Below are positions 13,101-30,400 of a DNA stretch of 64,000 nucleotides, piece after piece. Origin of the DNA: Bugula neritina (lineage: Eukaryota; Animalia; Bryozoa); assembly GCA_964035545.1 (NCBI GenBank), contig OZ037765.1, positions 11,480,698 through 11,544,697 on the forward strand. The letters run 5' to 3'. Positions within the stretch are counted from its first letter, which is position 1. The number at the start of each line of letters is the position of its first letter. The position numbers were made by a program, and so were the translations under genes. The notes under the pieces are model-generated. The model saw nothing but the letters and a program-made list of their open reading frames with translations. It searched no databases and was not told the DNA's origin.

Positions 13101-16100
13101 ACAGTGATACTAATGTTTGCATATGCTGATAGCTCTAATCAGCCTCTGTTATTATTATTTGTAGTTGTGGGATATTAGAAGGAAAGGCTGCATATTCACA
13201 TACAAGGTAAGCTGCCAGTCCTGTGCACATCATTATAAAGTGTATTTAGACTGTTGAGTTATGCATTTTGCTTTGTGTCTGAATAGGTTAAGACAGCTAG
13301 TATCAAGGGAGTTCAACAGCTGATTGGATGTATGCTGTTAGTCATGAGTGCAGTATGAATCATGTTATTGATTATGCATTTACACCTCACCCTTGTATCA
13401 CGGCAAACCAATTTGAAACATTATCACATTATATATGCAGACGGCTTGTTTTAGGGCCATTCAAATGGTGTGAATAGCCTGAGGTTCTCCCCAGATGGAA
13501 GGTGGGTGGCTTCAGCCAGCGAAGATATGACTGTCAAAATCTGGGACTTAGCTGCTGGAAAACTGCTGACAGACTTAAAGCAGCACTCGGGGGCAGTCAA
13601 CTCCATTGAGTTTCATCCTAGCGAGTACCTGTTGGCGTCTGGAAGCAGTGACAGGTAGGGGACTAGTTGAATCAATGCTGTTTGATATTTTATGGGTTAT
13701 TTTCTCAAATAACTTGCTTCTGTTTCACACAGCTGTATCCTGTTTGAGATATCAATGAAAAGAGTTGAGGCCTGGCCTCACGATCGTGAGAATCACACGA
13801 AATCGTCTATTTGACATGAAAAAACATTCATACGAGAAAATTTGAAGAAATTCAAACGAAATCGTCTTCGTTGGGTGTACACAACGATGACGATGGGCGA
13901 AAAATCACAATCGACGATAAGCACCATTTGATTGGTCAATAGAATTTTAGCAACAGTAATTATTTCATTTCTACCATGTTTCTCTATTTAGCAATTTTCT
14001 GTTGTTTGTATCTCGTGCAAGACTCATTCACGGACTATTTATTACGTGTTTTGTTCAACGAGTGTGTGGCTGGTCATAACGAGAGGATAACTCACAAAAA
14101 TTGTCACACAGTTTCATGTGATTCTCACGAGCGTGAGGCCAGGCCTTTATTAAACTCAAGTTGAGTGATGTTGATAGGTTAGGACCTTCTTTTTCCTGTA
14201 TGAATAAGACAGCCCAGCACCAAATAGTTCATCGGCCAGCTTCAGTAAAAGAACTCTTAGCTTTAGACCTCTCAAAATGCACAGACTTTTAAATAGAAGA
14301 TTTTTAGACTTCCTGTTTCGCATAAAAGCTAAATGCAGTTTACTCGCACAGAGTACGTCAGATATTGGTTTTCTTTAAATGTTTAGGTGAATTTATCAAA
14401 TAATTCTTATTTTAGATCTATAAGGTTCTGGGAGCTGGAGAAGTTTCAATGTGTTGACTGTACAGACTACGACAACAATGCCATTAGGTAAGTGAGGTCA
14501 TCAACTCTGTGATTCTGGTTTCCCGCTTGTCTCTAGCCATCCTGTAAAATTATATATGTGTGTCATGTGAGTTATTTCATTGAAATGTAACATTTATCAT
14601 AGGTCTGTGGTGTTCCATCCTGACGGAGCCTGTATATTTGGCGGCTCTACAGAGCTTCTCAAAGTGTACGGCTGGGAACCTTCCAGATGTTTTGATTCAG
14701 TGAACATGTCGTGGGGGAAAGTGGCCGACATGGCCATAGCTCAAACACAACTGGTAAGTGTTGTTACTTTTGTCTAGTATACAGTTTTTGTAACAGATGG
14801 ATTGCAAGCATATTTGCCCATGTAATAACGAGCTAGTAAATTTTATCTGTCTCTTTCACAATAAAAAGACATGCTACTGTGTTTTTTTTTATAAAATGTC
14901 TTATCACAGCACAGACTGCTCTTTTCATTAGTAACATTGGGGATAAAAGATGCTAGACCAATAATTTTGCTAATATGTCTTGTGTGCTTGGAACATGGTG
15001 TTTTATACGTTTCTGCTAGATTCTAGCAAGTCTTGCTAAGAGTCTATACTATCTGTCCTGAGATATTTACATCATCATTCGGTAAAACTTGTCGAGTCTC
15101 GTGGTAAGACATGTGAAAACATGGGAGTCATTGTTTTTTGGAAATGTTTTTGTTTTGAGCTTACAATACTTGCAACTGCAAACTTGTAGGGGATGACAAC
15201 TTTCAAAATATGACATCATTTGACTGTGTATAAGGGTCATTACTGAGTGAATATTTCTACTAGCTTTGTACCGCTGAATTATGCCATGCAGTATGTTGTA
15301 TTGTTGCTGCAAGTTGAAAATTTTGAGAACTATCCTTTGCTTTTAAAGAAAAAACTCAGATTGCACATTTGTTTACTTTCAATTCATATTCTAGTCAACT
15401 TATAGAATTAGCATGTTCATACTTTATTGTACTGCTGTCATATACGTGAGCAGAAAGTTCAAATAAATTGTATTTGTAGATCGGTGCCTCAATAAATCAA
15501 ACTACAGTATCTACTTTTGTATTGGATCTCACAGTGAGTAGCTTTTCTTCAGTAAAATACAAACTTTTTAATTATTTCTTATCTTTTGTCCTGTGAGCTT
15601 AGATACTTTATTTGTTCTATTGAAGGTGTAGAAGAGCAAATATTTGTGGATACATTTTACTACTGGCTGAGTTTATGTTTAATTGCGTCCTTGCAGCAAA
15701 ATTTTAACCATTAATTTGTTTATTAATACTGTTTTAGCTGAGAAATAACATGATTTACTTTGATTCTAATCTAATCTTCTCTTGTCGTTATAATACATGT
15801 AGAAATTGGAAAGTATGTTAGTCTGATTTTCAACATGTTGGGCAATTCTACAAGTGATATCAGGGGTGTTAGAGAATAATGTTGTCTTCTCTAATGTATT
15901 ATAGAGAGTTGCTCCTTTGGGCCAAGTTCCCAGCACTCCGCTGCCTCTTTCTTCGAGTGGAAGAAAAAACTTTACTCCTGATCGACCTTCTACCACATCC
16001 ACTAAACAACAAATACCGTAAGTATTTGGGAGTTGTCTGTACGATAATATTAAGCTGACTACTAATACTAGTTTGTATTGAAAAGAAGTTAAATTACTTC

Positions 16101-19100
16101 AGGCTTAAATTTGTTTTATATACAAATTATCCTAAATTCTACATACAAAAAGATTTACTATCTAAAAGCTCTCATAAACCCCACGCATGGTGTTCTTTGC
16201 TGACTGAAATTGTGTCGTCATTTTGTGCAGCAGTTCAACTGGTTCCATCCAACTTAAACGTCGTATGAGCAGGCAAGTAGCTAAATCTATGTATGTTGAT
16301 GGCATGGGTAGTGCTCCTAACTCCCCCTGTGAGAACTACAGAAGCTTGTTAGATTCCCGGTCTAGTAGCCCCACACTCAGTAACCGTTCAATCAGCCCTA
16401 GCGTTGTGAGAAATCGCCGTAGTCAATCAACTCGTAGTGATGATTCATCTAAAGCTATTGTCAGGCAAACCAAATCATCGACTATCAGACGTGCAAATTC
16501 AATGCTGGTGTCCTCTGTCGGCTCTCCATCATTGCAATCTGTAGCAAATAACCTACAGTCTGCTAGAAGGTCTAGTAGAGGTGTGCAAAGATCAGAATCT
16601 GCATTGAAATCAACTCATGGCGCTAGATGCTCACGTAATCTAGACCTTATTAATAATAACACGGAAAATAAGGATGTGATGCAGAGATTGCCTGGTAAAC
16701 GTAGGCCTGTAACTATAGGGAGCGCGTAAGTCTATCTGGAAGTAGTCATTAGTTTCTGGCACTAGTAGCCAACTCACTCTTTCACGGCAATCGCTTCACT
16801 GACAATTCTAGTACTCAACATCTGACCTAAGGCTAAGGCATATCACAAGCATAGACCAGCTATCGATCTTTTAGCATTTCTTGAAACAGGTTTCTAGGTG
16901 CTCATTTATTTTCTCGTTGAAGCATGTATAACCAGCATGTCGTAGTATATTATGTTGCAGTCACCGCTCTATGTCTAGTCATCTGCTTGTGCTCAGCTCA
17001 CTAGCTGTAATTACGACTCTATTGCTAGTCGACTACCTGGCTCTAATGCTTTATACTCCAGAATAACCACATAACAGTAACAACATACTCCTTATGTTCG
17101 GCTTGGGCAAGCATGCTAATAATTTTTCCATTAACACGTATCATCATTTGCCAGTATATTGCTCATATTTGCTACGCAAATTTAAGTTGCTGCTAAGCAT
17201 GATGGGAAATATCAACTATGACTAATTCAACCAAGTGGTTAGATATGGTGACCAACATGTATACTCACCCTTCTCGTACACTGTATAGGAAGCCTGCAGA
17301 AGAGCCAGAGGAACCTGGTAGTATTCTAGATGATGCAACAGAAGACAATTCTTCTGTTGCAGACGTCAAGGATCTTAAGGAATATGAGGAAGTCTTCAAA
17401 CCCAATCATAAACTAGGTAAGTGGTACATGTTTGTGTATTTATTTACATGCACTTATAAATCTTGAAATCCTATTTGGACACGTATAGTAAGGCAGTCAG
17501 TTCTGAAGGTATAGGGTGCTTTTTAGTTTTGTTTTATAAAGTTGAAAACTTAATACATTTTTTGTACATTAATCTACTTAATAAAGTTCTAAAAATATTT
17601 AATTAAATTTTACTGCCTTAGTTACACTTATTTGGTAAGAAAATATGTAACAAATTATAATACAACTACCAACACTATTTCAGAGTTGTATTCTCCATGT
17701 TTTTGCATATTTGTGAGTCAATATCTTCAATTGATGTTGGCTATTATCACTTTGAGAAGATAATTGACAAGGGTTGTCATTGATTATGTAAAACACTACT
17801 TTATTCACTGCTTGTTGGAAATTATTTTAAGCTTGTTTATGGCATATATTTTTAAATATTCAATTGACAATGTGGTTGATTTTAGCTTTGTCTCCACCAC
17901 GAAAAATGGATCCTTTTCCTGCTCCAAAAGAAGATGGTAGGCAGTTTAGTTTTGCCATGCTGCTATATTAGATATTCCATGAATTTTAAGTAATTGGTTT
18001 TATTTCTGTGTTTTATTGTGTTAAAATGCTCATACAGATGTCTCTGTGGCGAATCAAATGAAATCTCTAGCACCATTCCAACCAGCTGTTGGGAGTACAA
18101 AACCCTCTGGTAGTGAGACTTACAGAGGAGAATCCAGAATACCTCCCCAGTATCGAGCACCTGCTTTACCTTCTCAACAACCTGCTGCTCCTCATCAATC
18201 ATATCAAACTCCGTCCAACAAACCTCCTGGTCTTGATCCTGCCGACTTCATGCCTGTGAGTATCTACAGAAGTACTCACACACATACCTACACTGTACCT
18301 ACACATGTACCTACTCACACATCTACACACATACCTACATACGTAATGCTGCTATGTGATCTCATAAATATATCATTCATTATATTTAAAAATATTTTGT
18401 CAGCCTCAACAGTCGAGCTCTATGGCAATAGGTGATTATGATGCCCTTGGTCAAATGTCTAAGGGACATAACTCTATGAGCGCTTTGCTCGCAGCCAGGA
18501 ATAAAAATCTACAGATAGTTAGAGCCATGTGGTCGTCTGGAAATGTGCGGGTGAGTTGTTTCCCATAGAGATTTTGCTCTTTACTATACACATGTTCTAC
18601 AAGCATAGCTCTGAATAGTTGATGGGTAAAAAAATTGCAAAATAACTTCTTACCTGGAATTTAAAATTCAATTTAAGCTGTAGATTAGTTGCCTAATAAA
18701 CTTCCTTTATACCAAGTCAATCTGCATGTTTGTTTTTGTAGACTGCTCTAGAGTCTGCCATTCAAATGCAAGACAACTCCGTAATAGTTGATGTTTTAAA
18801 TGTACTGAATGATAAACCGTAAGTTAAATTTCTTTGTTAGATTTTATATTTGCTTAGTTACTTGGTGGTTCTAACAGTCTTTAGAAATTATGTCCATCAA
18901 TTAGCTTTTTTATTGCATTTTTTTCCCAAAAATACAGTTTTGAGCCCGCATTTGCCAGTCAGTGAAATCAACTCATGGAATTTTCAAATAAATTAGATGA
19001 ATAATACAGTTGAAGCTTTTAGTATATTTTAGTTTTTTGTTGATAATTTTTATATTGTGCCTATTTGGTGTAACTTGAATGTCAGATACACAGTTAAACT

Positions 19101-21077
19101 CGTGTTTGTATTATGTGTGATGTCATATCACTCTGAATATGTTCAAGACTGGTTTGTTTTCATATGTTTCTAGATTAGATTGGAATTTGGATGTTATAGA
19201 CCTGTTGATTCTCCCCATTTATAAATTACTTATTAGTAGATATGAAGTGTAAGTTCACATTACGTTCTGCTTTTCATCTTGTCAAAATGTGATGCATGTC
19301 ATTATGATACTTCCAGACACCTGTGGAGTCTTGACGTGGCAGCATTAGTTCTGCCACATATCAATTCATGCATGAGTAGTAAGCATGAAAGGTAGATACT
19401 ACACTCAGTATTGAATGTTGTGTGGAGTGTCAGCTACCTTATATTTCCTAGCTTTTCTGTTTCTGTTTCAATTTACAATAGTGTTGTGCTGCATTTACCA
19501 AATAACAGTTGCATGTTGCGTTTAAGCTTATACCTATTTTTTCTGAAATCACATTCACCCACCTTCAGTGTAAATGCTCCATGGTATAAATATATCAATT
19601 AAGTGTTGAATGAAGTGGTAAAACCTAAACACTAATATTTTCTCATGCATAGTTTCATTAAAATAAGTGACACTTAGTAAGTATTTTTGAACAAAGTTAT
19701 ACAATGGTTTCAACAGCTTGTACCATCGAAAGTTTGTTTTGCACGACTATGCACATATATAAATACTAACCAATTATTGAATAGAACGTTTAGATATTTC
19801 AACTGCACAAACTTTCAGTAAGTGCCCAAAGTTTTTTTTCAAAATTCTACTTCATTTAGTAGTCATTATAGTTTAAATTAATAGGTAATCAATCATTTTC
19901 TATTAATCAATAATTATAGTATACATGTATATTATTGTTAGCTTGCTGCTAAATATTGTGTTTTAATGCATGAAACTGGCCTCAATAAATCTAGAATATA
20001 CAATGTTTATGTTGCATTGTTATTTTAAACTATTTTTCATAAGTTCTGCCTCCATCACCAAGTGTTCTGACAATAATTATGTTGTAGTAACTCACATAAC
20101 ATTAATTTATAGCTTTATGTTGTGAATATTTAATGTATAGATAGATGTGTGTGTTATTATTGAAAGAAAATTAGTTTTTATTAGGTTTTAGAAAATAATA
20201 TTACATAGTAATGATAATTGTTAGCTAGTATTGTATCTTTTACCAACTCAGATGCCATGCTAATGCTAGTTATTATTTCATTGATTTACTATTACGAATT
20301 AATTCCAGATATCTCTAGATATCTGAATTTTCAACTGCTATTATTTAACTGCACCAGTTTGTAAAATATCAGTAATCGGAGTCTAAATCACCACTACAAT
20401 AAATATTGAATTTTATTATATTGCATTACACAAACTATTTCTTGTCTGGTTTAAAATTTACATTTGACTTGTGTAGCGAACTTTGGACAACGGTTTTTGC
20501 CTGGTCTTTTTTTTATAATATTTTAATTGCATAATTTTAGTCATGTGATGGTAGCATGCTCATCTCTCAAACTTATTTTGAAAACCTACTCAACACTGAT
20601 CAGACAGAATTTGGCTCCTCCTGCTAGACTTGGTGTAGATATCAGCGGTGAAGAGAGGTGAGTGGTTCCCAGTGATATACTGCTCTGTAATCTTTACAAT
20701 ATTCAGGATCTTTGATTAGTGTTTTTAAATTTGTTGAATCAAGTAACCTAACAGCTGGTGACATGTTGCAGATAATTATATATACTTTGCTAACTATGAA
20801 TATGAAACCATGTTTTCTTCAGTACTTAAAATGAGATGTTTACTTGGTGTCTAGCATAAATACTATATATGTATATATTGCAGTATAAATGTTCAGTCAT
20901 TTTAAACTGACTTGTTACATTCTGTTCTTAATGTTCCACAGGCATCGGAGGTGTGTGAATATCTACAAACACATACAGGACATCAGGCATTGTATTGACA
21001 GCAAAAAGTATCAAAGAGGAAAACTTGAAAACACATTCAGAGAGATACAGCTGTTGCTGAACCACTTGGACACTTGA
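10125..21077 (+). CDS. KATNB1: Katanin p80 WD40 subunit B1; exons 10125-10161, 10471-10601, 11611-11728, 12810-12910, 13165-13206, 13455-13654, 14416-14487, 14603-14753, 15480-15533, 15905-16017, [16231-16725 cassette], 17289-17416, 17886-17936, 18038-18255, 18404-18550, 18742-18818, [19174-19248 OR 19317-19391], 20541-20657, 20942-21077
   Basis: Starts [44 protein letters not shown]; WD repeats include [35 protein letters not shown] and [22 protein letters not shown]; the C-terminal p60-binding domain includes [23 protein letters not shown] and GVDISGEER. Confidence 0.96.
13768..14146. mobile_element. Non-autonomous DNA transposon (MITE), about 380 bp, in KATNB1 intron 6
   Basis: 35-bp TIRs aggcctggcctcacgatcgtgagaatcacacgaaa and tttcatgtgattctcacgagcgtgaggccaggcct, with 2 mismatches. 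Flanks ttg/tta resemble a PIF/Harbinger TWA-type TSD (uncertain). Confidence 0.85.
16231..16725 (+). CDS. KATNB1: KATNB1 candidate cassette exon (495 nt, Ser/Arg-rich)
   Basis: Acceptor tgtgcag, donor gc|gtaagt, phase 2-2 matching both flanking exons, 165 open codons. Confidence 0.75.
18272..18342. repeat. Short degenerate ACAC/ACCT-rich tandem repeat
   Basis: cacatacctacactgtacctacacatgtacctactcacacatctacacacatacctacatac, with a unit of about 12 bp. Confidence 0.6.
19174..19248 (+). CDS. KATNB1: KATNB1 mutually exclusive exon A ([24 protein letters not shown])
   Basis: 75 nt, tag|...|gtaagt, phase 2-2, paralogous to 19317-19391. Confidence 0.75.
19317..19391 (+). CDS. KATNB1: KATNB1 mutually exclusive exon B ([24 protein letters not shown])
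   Basis: 75 nt, cag|...|gtagat, phase 2-2; matches the canonical LW.LD....VLP.I...SK.E helix. Confidence 0.85.
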
Positions 21078-21855
21078 TTGTAGCACACAGTAAACATAAA
21101 GTATAGGATGTTATCAGTCACAGCTGTTGATTCATCAGTCATGTTTAAGCTCAAGTTTACAGTCCAAATATCACTCTCAGTCAGATTACTGATGGTTCAT
21201 CAATGCTCACCTGTTCTGTGTGAAGTTTAAAAATAATTTTTATACTTGCATGTACATAATTAACTAATTTTGGTTTACTGTTCTTGCATCATCACTATCT
21301 GGGACTGTTGAACCGCATGCTGCTGTGATTAAATTAAACCTGGTTTTACTTTAGACATCGTATTTATATGAACTAAGATTTGCCCATAGCTTTGACATAT
21401 CATTTTTCCAATTGTAAGAAACAAAGCTTTAAAATAGTTTTACTTTAATTTAAATTATAAGTCACAACACAGCTGACTATCAATCTTATATATTTAAATA
21501 TTACTTTAGCTTTTTCACACCTTTTTTCATATCTTATTAAATTATAAAGCATATCTGTTTCTGCATCATTCCCACTGCATTGTAAAGACTGACCTCTAGC
21601 ATTATATTATATGCGATGCCTTAAACAATGTGTGTTTAGTTTTTTGCAATTCTTTTATTTTCTTTCTTTATTTAGCTGTTACTTGGTTGACAATAAATGA
21701 GTTTTTATCAAAACTTAAAATCCTAGACATATTTTGATTACAGTTAAGTGCATTCGAAACTATTTAATAATTAGTAATATGATATTTATGTTTTGGGAAA
21801 GAAATTTAATTCATAGATCAATATAAAATGAAAATATTACTTGATCTTATGTATG

Positions 21856-21915
21856 TGTAGCACAGTTAGTAGGGCACATAGATCTTTTACTCAGAAGGTT
21901 TTGAATTTGAATCCA
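21856..21915 (+). repeat. Degenerate tRNA-like sequence (SINE head or tRNA pseudogene)
   Basis: A-box-like tagcacagttagtagggca and B-box-like gaatttgaatcc at tRNA-like spacing; no intact cloverleaf. Confidence 0.3.
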
Positions 21916-22432
21916 GCTGATCATATCTAGGGAAAAACTTTGAATGAGCTCTACTATGCTGTTAAGATTAAAGGACTGCAGTAGAACATAGGAAGCTTTA
22001 TGCACTTGCATTGCATTTTACCAACCACACCTCTGGCTACCAGCGATTGACAAACTTGAAAAAAAAAATTTCGTTTTCAAGCTTAGTCAATCGAAAAGTC
22101 TCACAATACTCCAAGAACAATTGCTACTATTACTCTAATTATAATAATGTAAAGACTACAATATCTAGTGTATTGAACTATATTGCATGTATTATATTTT
22201 AGTGAAATTAAAGTTCTGTTTGAAGTAACATGCTAATTACTCTAAATTGCTTTTATTGTACTTGAGTGATGTTGCAGTAATATTAAGTGCACTTTTCAAG
22301 CTCATTCAATATATTGTATTGAAGAGTTATCCTTTCCTAAGTAATTGCTTTATTGCGGGTAAATGAGATAACTGTTTGATGAGTTTTTCTCCTATTATAT
22401 TATCGGAACTTATTGTAGTTTCTTCGAAGTAA

Positions 22433-26677
<4,245 letters not shown>

Positions 26678-27156
26678 ATTGCTATTGCACACACAAGTTT
26701 AGTCTTTTGCTTTTAGTTAGTTTTTAATGGCTTTTTGCAAGCATTGTCCCCTTCCCCTCCATGCTAATTATTTTTAAAACAAAAAATATATGCTTTTATA
26801 TATGAATAATTTATTACTGGAAAGGAGAATATAATCTATTGCACTTGATGATGTAACACCCTGGGAAAATGTAGCTATTGTCTACTGTTGTATGTTGCAA
26901 TGCTGGAAATGAAATATCAGGCACTTTCAACACTGCTTATTATAGCATCCCTATGTGAATACATAATTAACTGTTATATATTTGTACACGGTTGTTATGT
27001 TTCAATTACTTAGTTAAGATGTTAGTTGCCCTGCATTTATAAACTATCTTTTTAAATATATTATAGAATGCCAAAACTGGAGCAAATTAATTTCATCCAT
27101 AAACCGGAGTGTTTGATGTATACTTCCATTAGATATATTTCTTGCAATATAATACT

Positions 27157-27180
27157 AATAAACAGTGGATACTGTTTATT
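27157..27180. terminator. Palindromic candidate bidirectional poly(A) signal between DPM1 (+) and FANK1 (-)
   Basis: AATAAACAGT-GGAT-ACTGTTTATT has perfect 10-bp arms, with AATAAA on each strand. Confidence 0.55.
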
Positions 27181-27448
27181 CTACATTGTTATTTAATATA
27201 ACTTATATTAACATCATGTTTTGATTCTACGTTATTAAAAATACATAAACTTAAAAGATTGGACGGAAATGATGCATAAGAAGCAGATTGGTCTGCACAG
27301 TAGCAGTGTGAAGGTCAACCTTCTGTTATTCTAAATATTCATAAAATTAATTTGACTAAGTTGCTATACAACATGATATTAAATAATATAGTATGTTTTT
27401 AGTTTTCCACATATAGTTTGCCTATCAGGTTGTTTGGAGTTATCTTGT

Positions 27449-30400
27449 CTAGTTGATTGTAATGCCAAGTTTTTCCATGTGGTCCTCCAGAGTTTTTGTG
27501 ATTCTCTAGAATACATAATGTAATGCAGAATGTTAAAGGTTAGAGCAGAAGCTTATGAATAGAGTGAAATTTTAAAGAAATAAATTTGTCTTGAAAGACA
27601 TATTCATGTTCAGCAAAGAATAACACCTTTGGCAGCTGAAATTGAAACCAGTTTGGAACCTCTTTTTGCTATTTTCAAATAATTAATAAATGCAATTAAT
27701 AGACACAAATGCACATTGACCAAGCTGTAACAATTAAGCTCAGAATATTCAGTACAATGTTTTTATCCGCATATAAGGTATCAATGAGAAAGAACATTTG
27801 TTCAAAGTTTAAAGAAAATAATAAAATGTGAATTTGGAAACCAAACTTTGGTGATAAAAAATTTAGAACCAATCCTGTGCTCATCATAATAATTTGGTTC
27901 TGGTGGTACTATGGACTAAAGTTCTGACACACTTACCCTTTTTTCCATAGATTGGGCCATTTCATAAGCACTTTTGCCAAACTAAAATGTAAAGTAAAAC
28001 ATGTGAGAATAGTACAATACTTACTGCTATATTACCTATTTTATAAGTAATAAAAATTAAATTCTAGTCTTTTATTAAATTGTAGATAATAAATCATCAA
28101 AGTTTACATAGTTCTGACAAAATGGCTATCTTGTTATTAGCTGGCAACATATGATGTTGCTAGCATAGAACATAAATATAGGGGGTAACCACACAGTATT
28201 TTTGTACTCAAGTTTTAAATTTACAGGCAGATAGAAATATGTGGTGCAAAATTTCACAGTAAAATGTAAAGCAAGAAAAAGTAAACATTTTGGTACTCAG
28301 TTAACTGTTAGTGCTACTATATTCCTAATTTAATTACTTTTTGAAATTAAAAGAGCTGTTAACAAAGTTAAAGTTAAAACCTAATTAGCCTAAAGTCATA
28401 ATAACACCATATGCCTAGATTCGTAGAATAACAGAGCTAATAATAGTACAAGAGTAGTGTGTGTAACAACTCATATTAAGCACATAGTGGGAGTTAGTTA
28501 TTTTCTTGTGTCACCCACTAGGCTTAAGCAACTATTAAAACAGAACTCATATGTAATAAACTTACTGCATTTTTTACTTTAATATTTGCTTCGTGTTTCA
28601 ATAATAACTCTACTAGATTTTGATGTCCATTGATGACTGCAATCATCAAAGCTGTTTTACCATCTCCATCACATGCATCGACATCAGCACCATTTTTGAT
28701 CAGCAATCTAGCAATATCTGCATTTCCATTTACTGCGGCTGCAAGAAATTATAATCAAAAGTTACATCTGCCAAATAACTTACATTATTGTTGAGAACTG
28801 TAATAAATGATTGCTCAACCAGAGTGGACAGTTTATAGCAGAACACAGTGTGAAAAAACTACCCAGGAAGTAGCATTCTTACCACATCTCAGTAAAGGAG
28901 TCCACTGAGATCCCGTGTCTTTGATATTCACATCCCAACCATCATCAATGCACCAAGACACTGTGTCCATGTGTTGCCCGTCTATAGCCCAATGAAATGC
29001 TGTGGAGCCACCTTTGTCTCGCACATCATATTTGGCATGACACTCCCTCAAGAATTCAATGGACTTGAGTTTACCAGCAAATGTTGCCAGCATTAATCTA
29101 TATGAAATATCAATAACATAAAGAACATACATACACCTGTAACAAGTGTCACATCTTCCCTGTGACACTTGGTGAATAGCTATGGTGATGTAGAAACTTA
29201 TCTAAACATACAATAGAACAGTCTGAAAAAGAGAGGAAAGTAGAGATCTTCAAGCATGCTGTAAGACCAACAAATATAAAGGTAGTTGTGGGGCTGAGAC
29301 AGCAAAGATGAGACATGGAAAAGGATCGAAAAGACTAGAAAAAAACAAAGAGAAACTAAAAATACAAAAATTAGAAAGAGTTTTAAGAAATTGGGAGTAT
29401 AGAGAAGGAGCTGACTATAAATATAAGAGAGAAGTATGTAGAAAGATGGGTTGTGAAGATGGCTTTAGAAGAAAAAAGCAATGAAGAGATGTGCAATAGG
29501 AGTGGTATATGGATTACCCAGGCTTGAAACAATTTTAGGAACACAACATAGATTGAAGCCAGCCATGAGAGGTTAAAAGAGAAAAACAAAGGTTACTCTT
29601 AATACCTCACACACAAACATTTCTGCAGCTTCAATTTAAACTTCATAGTTTCTTCACCAGAATAATAATACTGCAGGCCTTAATAATTGATTTATAATAG
29701 TAAAGCTAAAAAAACACTGAAAGGTCTACTAAAAAAAACTTAAACTCTATAATATACAGTAAATACAATTATTGCATTAGCTTATTGTATAGCGTTTGTT
29801 AACATTAAATGTTGATAAATAGAGAACTATTGATAATCCATGTCTCTATTTGAAATATTGACGTCACAATCCAATAAAATCATAACATAAATCCCAAACA
29901 ATCATTAAACATATATAAAATTCTAATGTAAGCATTTAGACAAATAATAAGTCAATAAAATTCTTTGACTAAATAAAAATTCCTTCTCATATTTCAGCCA
30001 CCAGCATTATAGAGGCAAGGCATTAGTATGTGAATTGCTTGAGCCAACCATCTTAAGGGCACGATTTCCCAAAACTAGCACAAGCTTTATGCAAAGTAAA
30101 TACACATTTCCTGACATATCTCTGTGAAGAACATAATATTATAAATAGTGGCCTTATTACTACTTACGCTGTTTTCCCAGAATCGTTTTGTGTATCCACA
30201 TCAGCACCATGTTTTATTAGCACTTCCATAACTCTACACACAATACACATGATTAATTATTTACAATACATTTAATTTATATTCATACAGGTATCTACAG
30301 CATAATTATGGTGTAGGGAACTTAATATAACTAGCAGGTGAATAGCTATTTACTCAAAATTTTAATTTAATTTGCAAAGTTCAAAATCTTGCACATAATG

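Noticed and set aside
16223-16729. Stand-alone 168-aa ORF or alternative terminal exon
   Set aside because: It has no ATG at the called start, and its TAA belongs to a GTAAGT donor in the correct phase, so an internal KATNB1 exon explains it better.
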